Origin: Eledone cirrhosa
Taxonomy: Eukaryota
Direction: 5' to 3'
Length of the DNA stretch: 64,000 bases
Assembly (NCBI GenBank): GCA_964016885.1
Contig: OZ024741.1
Location: 230,578,001 to 230,642,000 of the forward strand
Shown here piece after piece: positions 1 to 15,440 of the stretch. The translations under genes were made by a program, and so were the position numbers. Positions within the stretch are counted from its first letter, which is position 1. The number at the start of each line of letters is the position of its first letter. Below the pieces are notes generated by a model. The model was not told the origin of the DNA. It saw nothing but the letters and a program-made list of their open reading frames with translations, and searched no databases.

Positions 1-273
1 CATAATATCTATATTTTCATAATCTTCATTGTAGTTAATTCCTTTATATCTCTATAATTTATATTCACATATCTTAGATATTTCACATACTAAGTTAACA
101 CCAAATGCCACCCTGCCACCACTCTCTCATTCTCCCATGATAGGTACTGTAATTTTATATTTGCATAATCTTCATTTTACTTCTTTAATTTTATATTCTT
201 TACTAATCCCCACTACATCAACAGCCCTGCCATCACCACCACTATTCCTCACAGTACCCATACACCCACCAGC

Positions 274-315
<42 letters not shown>

Positions 316-409
316 CATGCATTGGAACTTAAATATTGATATTCATGTTTCTTTGTAAATATGCATGCTTGTGTGTAGGCATGTATTTATTAGTATGTTG
401 CGCGAGTTT

Positions 410-1020
<611 letters not shown>

Positions 1021-1269
1021 CATTCCTCACACTTAGTACAGCTGATACTTAAATGTAAGTATGTATGTATACGTACATACATATATGTATACATACGTAC
1101 AGTAGTATGTATATATATACATACATGCACACATACATATATGTACGTATGGGTTTACAGAATATTTATTATCAAGTTCGGTTTGTTTATAAACAAGCAA
1201 CTAGCCCGAATTACGCCGTACAGTCTTCAGGCAACCATCGTCGCCTTTTTGTTCAACACTGACACAGGA

Positions 1270-1312
1270 ACGATGTACTAGTTTCACGTTTATTAGCTAT
1301 CGTCAGCATCGT
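1270..1312 (-). ncRNA. Minimal hammerhead motif (PLE type), weak stem II
   Basis: Minus strand acgatg-CTGACGA-tagctaataaacgt-GAAAC-ta-GTA-catcgt: 6-bp stem I, palindromic actagt. Confidence 0.55.
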
Positions 1313-1432
1313 ATACCTTCCTGCCAGATGATTGAACGTCTGAAAGTATAAACTTTCCTTATGCATATTAACGGCTGAGCAGCCTAATTTGCATACCGAG
1401 TGAGTTAGTCGGCCGGGCGCACAGAAAACGAT

Positions 1433-1532
<100 letters not shown>

Positions 1533-1695
1533 ATAAATTTATATTTGAAGACACTAAAATCCAAAGAGGGCTCGATAAGGATAAATATATATCAAATATA
1601 TAAGAAACGTAGAGCAAATATATATATACGCATTTTTGTATGTGTGTGTGCGCGTGTATATATATATATATATAATTATATATGTATGTTTGTAA

Positions 1696-1739
<44 letters not shown>

Positions 1740-1856
1740 TTAGGTTTATATGCACGCATATGTTTCTTGTGTATGCATATGTATATATATTTTTATAATG
1801 TTTTTATATATCTCCTCGTCTGACTCTCATATAGGTGTGTCAGTATGTATACATGC

Positions 1857-1896
<40 letters not shown>

Positions 1897-1902
<6 letters not shown>

Positions 1903-2588
1903 AAATATAGAGAAAAATACTGCAGGTAGCACATGGATAACATGAAATAAAATGAGTCCCTCATCAGTGATTTGCCGACGATCATAGATATTTCATTGCA
2001 TTACAAATCATATACCTCACGTCGGTGCAATAATAACCAAAATAAGTTATTAGGACAATTGAAACGCGTAAAGCGAGTGAGACAGGAGAACAACAAAGAG
2101 TATAGCTAACCGTAGGGGAAAGAAACAAGCTTCAAAATTATTCTGTTTAGCATAAGCTAGGTGAATATATGAGCGCTTTTAGACAACAGACCTGACACGA
2201 ACGATGGCCATGTGAGAAGAGAGAAAAATAGCCTTCGTGGTGTACAGGATGAAATGAAGAGAAGAGAAACAGTGAGTGAGTGAAAGTGTGAGGAAGAGTT
2301 AACTGACATGACAGAGGGGGAGAAACAGAGAGAATGGGGGAGCAGTAAGAGAGAGAGAGAGAAAAAACACAGAATCGCAGTGGTAAATATATGTAATAAA
2401 ATATAGAGAAAAATACTGCAGGTAGCACATGGATAACATGTAATAAAATGAGTCCCTCATCAGTGATTTGCCGACGATCATAGATATTTCATTGCATTAA
2501 AAATCATATACCTCACGTCGGTGCAATAATAACCAAAATAAGTTATTAGGACAATTGAAACGCGTAAAGCGAGTGAGACAGGAGAATA
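1897..2588. repeat. Partial tandem of a PLE terminal-repeat-like sequence (1897-2090 repeated at 2396-2588)
   Basis: Direct ~190-bp duplication seen in the sequence. Related sequence occurs at 54140-54790. CTGATGA is on the minus strand. Confidence 0.65.
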
Positions 2589-2659
2589 TATATATATATA
2601 TATAAAAGAAATAGGATTTCGCTTCAAGCATAGCTTTATACAATTTGTGTAAATATTAC

Positions 2660-3060
2660 ATCTCTCCAAAGAAATACGGTTTTAAGAAGCCGTAGCTATA
2701 CAAACAACCGGGGGCGAACGCCCTCTGGTGATGTCAAGCAGAAGCAAGGGGGACAACCGTCTATATATTTAAGGACAGTACCTCCAACTGCTTGCGACTG
2801 CTGGACTAGAAGACAGGCGAGAATATATAGTTTTCTCGTCTGTGTAAATGAGGTGATTAAATGGAAAATACCCCAGAATGCGCGCTCATACAACGGAGGA
2901 CACAAGTGCTGCGACCTTTGTATCTCAGAGAGCTACGAAATATTATTCGCCAAGGGCCCGCTCCTGAACAAACTCGCTGAACACTGCCTGAACTGCATGC
3001 ACAACAACTTTACAACTTTCAAATACCTTAAGCCAGTGTTAATTCCCGATGGCTAAAAAA
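2660..3060 (+). mobile_element. PLE GIY-YIG endonuclease C-terminal fragment
   Basis: ORF 2853-3056 IKWKI..ARSYNGG..CDLCISE..I...LLNK..E....C.H matches the C-terminal PLE endonuclease motif. Related pieces at 53880-54125 and 55398-55650. Confidence 0.75.
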
Positions 3061-3371
3061 CTATTTTTTTTTGTTTTTGTTTTTAAACGCCAGCCGACAA
3101 AATAGACCTTCCACCTCCTTCCCACCCCACCCCTACCCCTTCTCAACCTGAAACACGGCACTATGGTTATGTACGTACTCCTTACCTCTCTGCATTTTCT
3201 GCTTGTAGAGCTGTTTTTATGTGCTTGTGTATATGCGTATATTTATGAGTACATGTTTGTATGTATTTGTATGAGTGTCCGTTCGTTTGTATGTGTATCG
3301 TTGTGTGTACGTGTGTACGTGCGTTCATATTACCTGCATATGGGCATGTATGTGTATGTTTATGTGTGTAT

Positions 3372-3443
<72 letters not shown>

Positions 3444-3508
3444 GTATATATATGTGTGTGTATATGTATGTATATATATATATGTATATATATATATGTA
3501 TATATATA

Positions 3509-3816
3509 TATTGTTATACTTTGGGAGGGTCATGTTGCCAATAAGAAACACACGCACCAGTTGTTTCACTTCAATTTAATTTATTATATATTTATAAATT
3601 TACAAATTTATAAATTTCTGGTTGGTTGGTTGGAACCAACCAACCAACCAGAAATTTATAAATTTGTAAATTTATAAATATATAATAAATTAAATTGAAG
3701 TGAAAGCAACTGGTGCGTGTGTTTCTTATTGGCAACATGACCCTCCCAAAGTATAACAATATCGGTTTCAACACACGATTTCAGATAAAGAATCTTGCTA
3801 AACAAATTCAGAAACG

Positions 3817-3820
<4 letters not shown>
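3509..3820. repeat. Fold-back palindrome (~250 bp) made of two fused PLE termini
   Basis: 3509-3631 is a near-exact reverse complement of 3634-3761. The sequence matches the ends of the 4527-9339 element. Confidence 0.9.
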
Positions 3821-3891
<71 letters not shown>

Positions 3892-3939
3892 AGTGTGTGT
3901 GTGTATATATATGTATATGTCTGTATATGTATATATATA

Positions 3940-4283
3940 CACCTGCAACTCTGATGGTATCCAATGATGTTGACTTGTTCTTCTTTTTGGTAAATATCAT
4001 CTTGGTTAAGAGAGTGGGACTGGCTTTGTGCAGTGCCTTTGCTCACTATAAAAGCTTCACGGCACAGGCATTGCTTTATATCTGGAGATCTCTCTGCACT
4101 TGTCGTGACATGGTACCATGGGCCCAGCACTATGTGTCAATAATTGTCACAAGTATAGTGTTTGTACCCGAGTTTTCAAGTCGCTGGCCGGACTGAAAAG
4201 TCACACTCGTTTAGCGCATCAGTAGGGGGTTCTCCTACATGGATATAAAGTAGTGGCCGTACTCGAAAACGAGTTGGCAGCCA

Positions 4284-4285
<2 letters not shown>
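3940..4285 (+). mobile_element. 5'-truncated copy of the non-autonomous RTE-derived element at 14196-14800
   Basis: Near identical to 14458-14800. Ends [12 protein letters not shown] plus tail ggccgtactcgaaaacgagttggcagccacca. Confidence 0.8.
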
Positions 4286-4351
<66 letters not shown>

Positions 4352-4458
4352 ATATATATGTGTATATATATGGGTGTATATGTATATATACATGTATATG
4401 TATGTGTATATATGGGAGTGTGTATATATATGTATGTGTGTGGGTATTTATTTTTATA

Positions 4459-4513
<55 letters not shown>

Positions 4514-4526
4514 GTATATATATATA

Positions 4527-7500
4527 TTTCGTTTCTGAATTTGTTTAGCAAGATTCTTTATCTGAAAACGTGTGTTCAAATCGATATTGTTATACTTTGG
4601 GAGGATCATGTTGCCCATAAGAAACACACGCACCAGTTGCTTTCACTTCAATTTATTATAATAAATTTATAAATTTAGGAATTTATAAATTTACGGTTGG
4701 TTGGTTGGTTCCAAAACCAGATGGTTGTTTATATATTGTCAAAGTTTTTCGACACACATTCTGTGACCTCTTCAGTGACTGGGGATTCTTTTCTTGGTTT
4801 TTGTGCCTCTCCTTTGTTCTGTCCTACGCCATCTTGTTTCTCTGTGTGTGTTGTGTGCTCAGTCTGCCCATGCGCCACATCCGGGTGTCTGTGTGTGTTT
4901 ATATTCGTTTATTTATTTGTTTATTTACATGTTACTGGTTGGTTGTTTGTTCTATGCGCGTGTGTGTTTTCATTTTGTCCTTAATTGTAAGTTGTGATGT
5001 TGCTGTTCCACTCATGTTTACTATTTAATTTTGGTTGTAATTCTTTTATGTTTATTGCCTCTGTTATTTGTCTAAACATTGCGTCTTTTCTGTGTGTAGA
5101 TTCTATTTTTATTTCTATGTTCTCTAATTTAACCCTATGTTCTATTTTAGCATGTTGGTGGAGTACAGATGAAGGTCTCGCCAGTGTTCATTTATCCGTT
5201 ACCCTACACTACGAGCTGTCTCACCTATGTACACTATATTTTTATCTCTACATTGTCCTTCAGTACATCTTATGCTATATACTACATTTCTAATTTTACA
5301 GTTAATATGGGTGCTTAATGTACAGGTTATACATTTCTTATCTATACAGGGGGGTCTTTGAAAAGGGTATGTCTTGCTAATAAGTGTTTTCATGGAGCTA
5401 CCTGGTCTTTCTACTATCTTAATATTGAGTTTATGTTTATCCAGGGACATTCTAAATTTGTAAGCTAATTCACCTCTAGAGGTTGTATCGATGAACATTA
5501 CTCTCTGGTATTTATTGCTATCATACCATGAGTTTACTCTATTAGCTTTATTCCTAGTTCTTTCTATTCTATTCCAAAATTTGCTCCTATACAAGGGGCA
5601 GGTCCCATTTGTGTCATTATTTACCATTTTTTCCCATTTGGTCTGGCTCCTCTATACACTCTGATTTTATCTCTCTAATTGTAACCAGATAACTGCATAT
5701 GGTGGCTGAAGTGTTGTATGTGTCTCTCTAGTTCTTCGGGGTTGCACATGCGGGACATGTTTCTCATCACCCGTACCAACTCCGCAATCAGTATGTTGAT
5801 TTTGGTATGGTCTGAAACAGCTGAGTTTCGTTGGATCAGATATTTGGAAGTCATGGGTTTGGCATAATGGGAATGGAGGATTTATTTTTTGTTATTAATG
5901 GTATCTAACCAGAGCTCTGTGTCTAGTACAGGTAATCGATGGTTGGGGTGTTTGCTTGGGTAGTCTATAGTAACTCTAATACGCTGGTGGATGGAGTTAG
6001 CTCTTTGCTGGATGCTTTCCATTGTGTTTTTCTCTAATTCCTGACTGTTCTCTAGTGGGAGTGTTTTAACTACGATGTTTATATCATCAACGTAGTGGGA
6101 GTACATTATCAGGGTTAAGGGGTCTTCTAATTGTTCTTTAAGTTTAAGTCTACTGTCCCATCATACCATGAATAAGTTAGCTATGTCGCCTGCAATGTTA
6201 ACACCAATGGCTGCTCCCTCCTCTTGGGCATATGTTTTTCCATTAAATTTGAACATATGTTCCTTAAGGATTAATTTTATGCTGCCCCCCACCGCATGTG
6301 CAATCATTTTCTTTAGTTCATCTTGGTTTTCGGAGGTCCGTAAGGCTCTGGTCCACCCGTTCCATCTATCTGTGTGGGTTTTCTTGGCCATTGAGGTAAT
6401 GGTAGGTTGTCTGCTTCTTGCTGGTCTTGTAGGGCACAGGTTGCTAAGGTCATATGTGTCTAGATAATTATTACTATAGGTAAGTTTAAGTAGGAGTCCC
6501 AGCTCACTGGTATCAATCCCACGGAACTCAACATTGCTCTCACTGATCATTTCTACGCATTTCTCCACAGCAAAATCCACGTCAATAGATGGATACAGGG
6601 ACACAACATCCATACTACCTATTATGCAGTTTGTTAGGTCCCTAGATGGGTTACTCTCCCCGATTCTGCTGAGGATGTCCTCCATGCTGTCACATACATC
6701 TGGGGACATTTCAATGATGGCGCGTATGATCAGGGAGAGGAAGTAGGACAGTCCGTTGTTACTAGCAATGTTAGCTCCACAGACTGGCCGTGTTGGTGGT
6801 CCCGTGACAGGTTCACTGCTCATTTTATGGTCTTTTCGAAGCACATACAACGCTGGCACGTCATTGTTCCAGGCCTGGAAGTTGTTGGCAGTCCTTTTGT
6901 TGGGCTGCATTATATTTATCCACATCACCATATGGGCATTGAAGGCTTTTTCTCTATCCTCATGCTCTTCTGGTGTTACTTCTCTTGTGTTAGTGATGTG
7001 GGGTTGCATTGCCTGGATGTAGTTTGGCAGACTGTCAACCGACATTGTGCCAGTCTTGTCTGTTGGAAAGCATACTATCTCTCCATTACGCGAGCGCTGC
7101 ATGAGCTTACGCAAGACATTTGCAGATTTTTCTCCCAGTTGCTGGGCCTCCATTCTATTATGCTTCTTGCTATACTGTTCGATAATATTCCTAAGTTTAG
7201 ATCTAGCTATACTAAATTGTGCTTCTGTTTGTTCATCGACCTGCGACGGCAATTGCGTGCGTTTGTTAAAAGCTAAAGACGTGGCGTGGACTCGTCGCAG
7301 GTCGAACGACTTATCAGAGGGATTATAAAAAGTAGAGTTCAGGGCTGCTGCTTTATGTGTACTAGTGCTATTGTTATTGTTAGTTGTGTTGTTTCTATTT
7401 CTATTTCCACCACCAGCCTCATGGTTGATTCTATGTCTCTCGTTATTACTCCTGTCTCTTTCCTCTGGCTCATTGTTATTATCTACTCTATTTTGTGTGT

Positions 7501-8431
7501 CTGTGTGTTCGTCTTGGTTATTTTCTCTGTCCATAGTCTCTCTTCTCCTTTCAATCCTATTACCTTCCCTTATTTCTGTGCTACTGCCATTACCTGTTTT
7601 CTGTGTCTGTCTGTTTGTTAAGATTGTGGTGGTGGTGAGAGGCATTGAATGCGTGTGTGTTGTTGTTGTTGTTGATGTGTGCTGTTGTTGATGTGTGTTG
7701 TTGTTGTTGTCTCCGTGTATGTTATTATTGTTGTGTATGTTGTTATTGTTGTTTGTGCCTGCGTGTCTGTTGTTGTTGTTTCTGACTATGTTATTATTGT
7801 TGATGTGTGTGTTGTTGTTATTGTTGTTTGTGTCTGTGTGTATGTTATTGTTGGGATGTGTGTTGTATATGTGTGTGCGTATGTTGTTACTTTTGTCTTT
7901 GTTTTTGTTTTTGAGGCTCTAACGTAATTTTGTAAATGATTTTTCTATTTCTGACAAACATCTAATCATATTTACCTTATTGAATGTGGCAAACTTAGGC
8001 GGCAGTTGTAATACAGATAATTCATCAGAGTCGACCGCAGTGTTGCCGTATATATTTGTGTTGTTGTTGTTGAACTCATCTGTTAATGGGATGTCGGCCA
8101 TATTTATACCGTCAATTTTGTCGGGATATCTATTGATATTCTCTAAAGTATCTTGATTTAGTTTTATCTGTTTAGGCCACTTTAGTTTCTTGTTAAAGTG
8201 CTTGTCACATTCTTGAACAATGTACTGTTCTTCAGGTCGTATAAGGTTTATAAATATTACTTTTTCTCTTGGTGTGGTGATCTTAGTTATTTCTTGTATT
8301 AGGTTACGCTTAGGTTTTTCTTGATGACTTAATTCTCTATAGATCTTATTTTTTATGTTTAGAATTAGTGTTCGTTTTAGCCTATCTGCTTGCTTTTTGG
8401 TGAGCTGTAATCTTCTTCCATCGGTGTTGAT
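4527..8431 (-). mobile_element. Penelope-like retroelement, near full length, inactivated (RT plus GIY-YIG)
   Basis: ORFs 6161-7645 (TDKTG, RKDHK, RPV, GSMDVVSLYPSID, GAAIG), 5882-6106 (YVDD, LPVLD) and 5199-5627 (C..C..C NVVY..C..C VYIGETAR). Stops and frameshifts are present. Confidence 0.93.
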
Positions 8432-9339
8432 GGTGAATTAGCTTACAAATTTAGAAGGGCCCTAGATAAATATAAACTCAATATTAAGACAGTAGAAAGA
8501 CTAGGTACCTCCATAAAAACACTTATTAGCAAGACATACCCTTTTCAAAGACCCCTCTGTATAGATGAGAAATGTATAACCTGTAAATTAAGCCCCCATA
8601 TTAACTGTAAAACTAGAAATGTAGTATATAGCATAAGATGTACTGAAGGACAATGTAGAGATAAAAATATAGTGTACATAGGTGAGACAGCTCGTAGTGT
8701 AGGGGAAGGGATACATGAACACTGGCGAGACCATCAAGATAGTAAAGAATCATCTGTTCTCTACCAACATGCTAAAATAGAACATAAGGGTAAATTAGAG
8801 AACATGGAAATAAAAATAGAATCTACACACAGAAAAGACGCAATGTTTAGACAAATAACAGAGGCAATAAACATAAAAGAATTACAACCAAAATTAAATA
8901 GAAAACATGAGTGGAACAGCAACATCACAACTTACAATTAAGGACAAAATGGAAACACACACGCAGATAGAACAAACAACCAACCAGTAACATGTAAATA
9001 AACAAATAAATAAACGAATATAAACACACACAGACACCCGGATGTGGCGCATGCACAGACTGAGCACACAACACACACACAGAAACAAGATGGCGTAGGA
9101 CAGAACAAAGGAGAGGTACAAAAACAAAGAAAATAATCCCCAGTCACTGAAGAGGTCACAGAATGTGTGACGAAAGAACTTTGACAATATATAAACAACC
9201 ATCTGGTTGTGGAACCAACCAACCAACCGTAAATTCATAAATTCCTAAATTTATAAATTTATTATAATAAATTGAAGTGAAAGCAGGTGGTGCGTGTGTT
9301 TCTTATTGGCAACATGACCCTCCCAAAGTATAACAATAT
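8432..9339 (+). mobile_element. Inverted copy of the 3' part (GIY-YIG plus pseudo-LTR) of the same PLE
   Basis: Reverse complement of 4584-5474. ORF 8672-8941 YIGETARSVGE.I.EH...RQITEA. Confidence 0.92.
9143..9185 (+). ncRNA. Minimal type I hammerhead in the PLE pseudo-LTR (partner copy at 4738-4779, minus strand)
   Basis: gtca-CTGAAGA-g-gtcaca(gaatg)tgtgac-GAAA-gaac-TT-tgac. Confidence 0.75.
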
Positions 9340-11607
<2,268 letters not shown>

Positions 11608-11667
11608 GTGTATGTGAATGTGAATGTGTCTGTTGACACCTGGAATATAGCTTAAGAGAAACATGAC

Positions 11668-11851
11668 AATAATTGTTTCTACGTTAGGCACAAGGCCAGA
11701 AATTACCAGTGCATTACTGGTACTTTATTTTATCGACCCTGTACGCATGAAAGACAAAATCAACCTCGGCGGGATTTGAACTCATATCATAAAGGGACGT
11801 AACTATGCTCGAAAGCATGGCGTCCGACCCTCTACCGATACTGCCAATCCA
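11668..11851 (-). mobile_element. tRNA-type SINE
   Basis: Minus strand has A-box-like tggcagtatcggtag, B-box-like gagttcaaatccc, central gtcgataaaataaagtacc and tail ggccttgtgcctaacgtagaaac. Other copies occur in the window. Confidence 0.85.
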
Positions 11852-12237
11852 TAATGATAGGCACCCAATATTTGAAATGGTTCAGAATTCTCTTGGCCTT
11901 TGTCACTCTAAGGATAGCTTTAAAAATTAGCTTTTAAAGAATTTCCCTTTTCTTTAAATCCATCAACCATGACCGACACCCAACCATCTTATAGATACCT
12001 GAAATATAGGCATTGTTAGCTTAAGAGAAACTTAAAAATAAGGAGTGGCACTCCAATTTGAACTTGTTTATAGAATTCTTTCTGCCTTTGTCACTCTAAA
12101 TATAAATTATAGCTTTAAAGAATTAGCTTTTAATGAATTTCCTTTTCTTTCAGCCAATGACCTCCACCCATCCCACTCCCCACCCTTTCCTACCACCTGA
12201 AAAGATATAAATACCACAACATTTATTTTGGACAGCC

Positions 12238-12288
12238 AGATTCCTGATGATTTCTAAAGAATGAAACAGTTCTATTCCTGTAGAATCT
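12238..12288 (+). ncRNA. Type I hammerhead motif
   Basis: agattc-CTGATGA-t-ttc(taaa)gaa-t-GAAAC-ag(ttctattc)ct-GTA-gaatct: 6-bp stem I, 4-bp stem III. Confidence 0.7.
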
Positions 12289-12519
12289 CATCTATATTAA
12301 AATTATATATATATTTACATGTTTAAGAACCTGCATATGTGTATTTAGTGTGTTTGTATGTGTATATACCTTTGTGTGTATGGTTGTATTTTTATGTACA
12401 TATGTAATTGTATAAAAATGTAAATTCCACCCACAAATTCATACTTTTAATCCCATAACCTTTTCACTAGCCCCCATAATACACCCACCTTCAAATTCAT
12501 CACCCGCATTCCGCTAACC

Positions 12520-13060
12520 AAAGGTCAGGTTTGACGACTTTGGATGGCAGCAGACACCTTGCCCGTCAGAAAAAGTGGCCTTGGTCTCCGGGCTCCGGTC
12601 TCACTGTCTTTACCGGCGTTTCTATCGTCGGTAGCGATTTGCCGTGTCCGGAAAGCAAAGTGACCTGCTAGACATGGAACCGACTTGGATACCCCCTTGT
12701 CGACGTCCCTCCTCATCCTCCTCCCGTAGACGTCAAGTTCCCCCATAGTATATGGAATGCCATTCAATGCCTCAAACAGGCTAGCGCGCCAGCTCGACCA
12801 CCACCGCCTCTTGTTTTTCGCTCGGCCTGTAACCCCACAGTGGTGCTTGGCTCAATGCCTTTACTTCTTTTATGATTGGCAACCAGTTGGATAATGATAG
12901 CCTACGAATCGGGGTTTCCCTGAGGCTCGCCCCCGGATCTATCAGCCACACAAATGTCGTTTCATATCCACTGTAAAATCTTTCGGTCTTCTCCAGCTAT
13001 CCTCTCGGTACAGTGCTGGCCGCTTTCAAAACAAAATAATCGTCTCTAATGAATAAAGGT
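12520..13060 (+). mobile_element. CRE-clade (RLE) non-LTR retrotransposon fragment
   Basis: Manual translation gives TLPVRKSGLGLRAPVSLSLPAFLSS and HSGAWLNAFTSFMIGNQLDNDSLRIGVSLRL, motifs typical downstream of CRE-like RT. Confidence 0.7.
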
Positions 13061-13871
13061 CACTGCAGAAGTGGTTGAAAAGAACGTGAGGGGTGGTATC
13101 AGATCTATGAAACAGAGGCTGGATTATGAAGTATTATGATATGAAAACAATTTGATAGTCTTTATTTGTCATATGGCCTGTAATTTAGTTAATGTGAATA
13201 ATTGAAATCATCGACACAGTACTTGGTGGGTACATTGGTTTATTGAACACTTATGGCTGAAGTACAAAGATTATCCAATAACTATTTCTGATATTGGAAC
13301 AAAGCTATCCATATAGAGGAAGGGGAAAATCGAATCTTTATCTGGTACATTAGCCTATCAACTGGGGATGACGAAAGATATAATTAACAGAATAATAGCA
13401 AAACAACCTTTTTCATGAAACATCAAAACTGTACTGATGTCAAATCTAACATCGTCACCTAATCGTTGGGAGCCATTTCCAGAATCCAGGCTGTTAAAAT
13501 ATTCGGGATAGGTCATCCTTTGAAAATACGTTCCTTCAACTTTCTTCTGCCCCATATCTCTGCCTCAGAAGCCCTGAAAAGGCCAGGAGCACTGCTATGC
13601 GCTGCTAGATATATAAACAATCAAGCAATAAATATTACTAAATCTATAAGTGATATCTTCCCGCGGAAAAATCTACAGCGAATAGTACCTGAGTGATCTA
13701 CTAAATGCTAACAAAGCGGGAGCTCACGACGTCTACTGAGAGTGAACGCTAACGATATTTCCGTTAGTATCGTCATCAAGACGAACGCTTTTTCGACATG
13801 AATTTTCAGCTATTAGAAAACAGCTGCTTTTTCCTCATTTTCGATATAAAGTGTGTTAATCTCGCCTTGCG

Positions 13872-13935
13872 ATGTTCATCATTTCCATTGTTGGATTTAT
13901 TATATTTTTAACATGCCGGCCAAGTTTAGGAAATG
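13872..13935 (+). CDS. Putative first coding exon (signal peptide) of an EGF-repeat protein gene
   Basis: ATG..MFIISIVGFIIFLTCRPSLGN+G followed by a consensus donor G|GTAAGT (phase 1), in non-repetitive DNA. Linkage to the 45 kb exons is inferred from strand and phase only. Confidence 0.55.
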
Positions 13936-14101
13936 GTAAGTTAAAAAATCATTTGCAATATTATTCGCACATTTAATGCTATCTTTGTCAGTCTTTCTTC
14001 AAAAACCTTTCTCCTAATTTCATTAAATTTGCTTCAGGTGGAAAAATAATGTTAGTGATCAATACTTTCGATTATTGATTCGCCTGAACATCGTTTACGT
14101 A

Positions 14102-14137
<36 letters not shown>

Positions 14138-14195
14138 TGTATGTATGTATGTATGTATGTATGTATGTATGTATGTATGTATGTATGTATGTATG

Positions 14196-14800
14196 TCAGG
14201 TCACCAGTTGGTGCTACTGGTAACATGTATCCCAGTACAACCTGTCTCATGGTCGGGTCGTTGGCGACTAAACTGGCAACCCCACCAAGGTTTCTTGGTG
14301 AGGAGGGTGACTTTGGACATCCTGCAGGACTAAAAACAAAACCTGTCAAAGGGCAAAGGAGCTCGTAAGAGTCAATGGCCATCCAAAATCACCGGGAGAG
14401 ATGACCTCTTAGCCTTTGTCAAGGCAGAATTCTAGGAGAAGGAAAACTCTGATATAACACCTCCAACCCTGATGGTATCCAATGGTGTTGACTTGTTCTT
14501 CTTTTTGGTAAATATCATCTTGGTTAAGAGAGTGGGACTGGCTTTGTGCGGTGCCTTTGCTCACTATAAAAGCTTCACGGCACAGGCATTGCTTTATATC
14601 TGGAGATCTCCCTGCACTTGTCATCACATGGTACCATGGGTCCAGCACTATGTGTCAATAATTGTCAGAAGTGTAGTGTTTGTACCGGAGCTTTCAAGTC
14701 GCTGGCTGGACTAAAAAGTCACACTCGTTCAGCGCATCGGTAGGGCTTCTACATGGATATAAAGTAGTGGCCGTACTCGAAAACGAGTTGGCAGCCACCA
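14196..14800 (+). mobile_element. Non-autonomous ~600-bp RTE-derived element next to (TATG)n
   Basis: RTE-like 5' UTR (ggtcgggtcgttggcgactaaactggcaacccca) joined to the 3' zinc-finger end [19 protein letters not shown]. Decayed relative at ~19560-19800. Confidence 0.7.
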
Positions 14801-14878
14801 TGTAAGTATGTCGCTCAGAGATTGGGATTGGCTCAGTGCACAGTCTTTCCTCACTTTAAAAAATATCTTCACGCACAG

Positions 14879-15248
14879 GCATTGCATGATAGAATTAATT
14901 AATAATTATTAATGATTGTTTTTACGTTGGGCACAGGGCCGGCGATTGCCCAGTGCATTGCTGGTGCTTTGTTTTGTTGACCCCGTGGGGATGAAAGGCA
15001 ATGGTAGATTGGCAGTATCGGTAGAGAGTCGGACGCCATACTTTGACGCATGGAGTTACGGCCCTTGCCATTCTGAGTTTAAATCCCGCCGAGGTTAACT
15101 TTGCCTTTCATCCTTGCGGAGTCGATGGAGTGGAGTACCGGTGGTGCGCTGGGTGGTTGCTGGCCTTGTGCCAAAGGTAGAAACAATTGTTGATAATGGT
15201 ATATCGTGCAATGGCCATATTCGATAACGAGGGGACAGCCATCATCAT
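14879..15248 (+). mobile_element. Inverted SINE pair (partial minus copy plus full plus copy) followed by an RTE-like tail
   Basis: 14911-15001 is a reverse-complement SINE 3' half. 15002-15190 is a full SINE. 15213-15248 resembles the tail at 14768-14800. Confidence 0.85.
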
Positions 15249-15440
15249 GTAAGTATGTATGTATGTTCTTCTGGTTTTATAATTTCACAAACTTTTACCA
15301 ATAGAGAGAGAGTCGGTTTCTAACATAGACACAAGACTCTCTCATTGGAATTTACACAACATCAACTAGGTAGATATGTTTGTATGCATGCATGTGTAGA
15401 TATGGATGTTATTGTATGTGTGCATGTGTATATGCAGTTA

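Noticed and set aside
6161-6163. In-frame TGA in the PLE RT as selenocysteine (as in Naiad PLEs)
   Set aside because: Context FMV*WD fits a TGG-to-TGA mutation, the endonuclease cysteines are normal codons, and the copy has other lesions.
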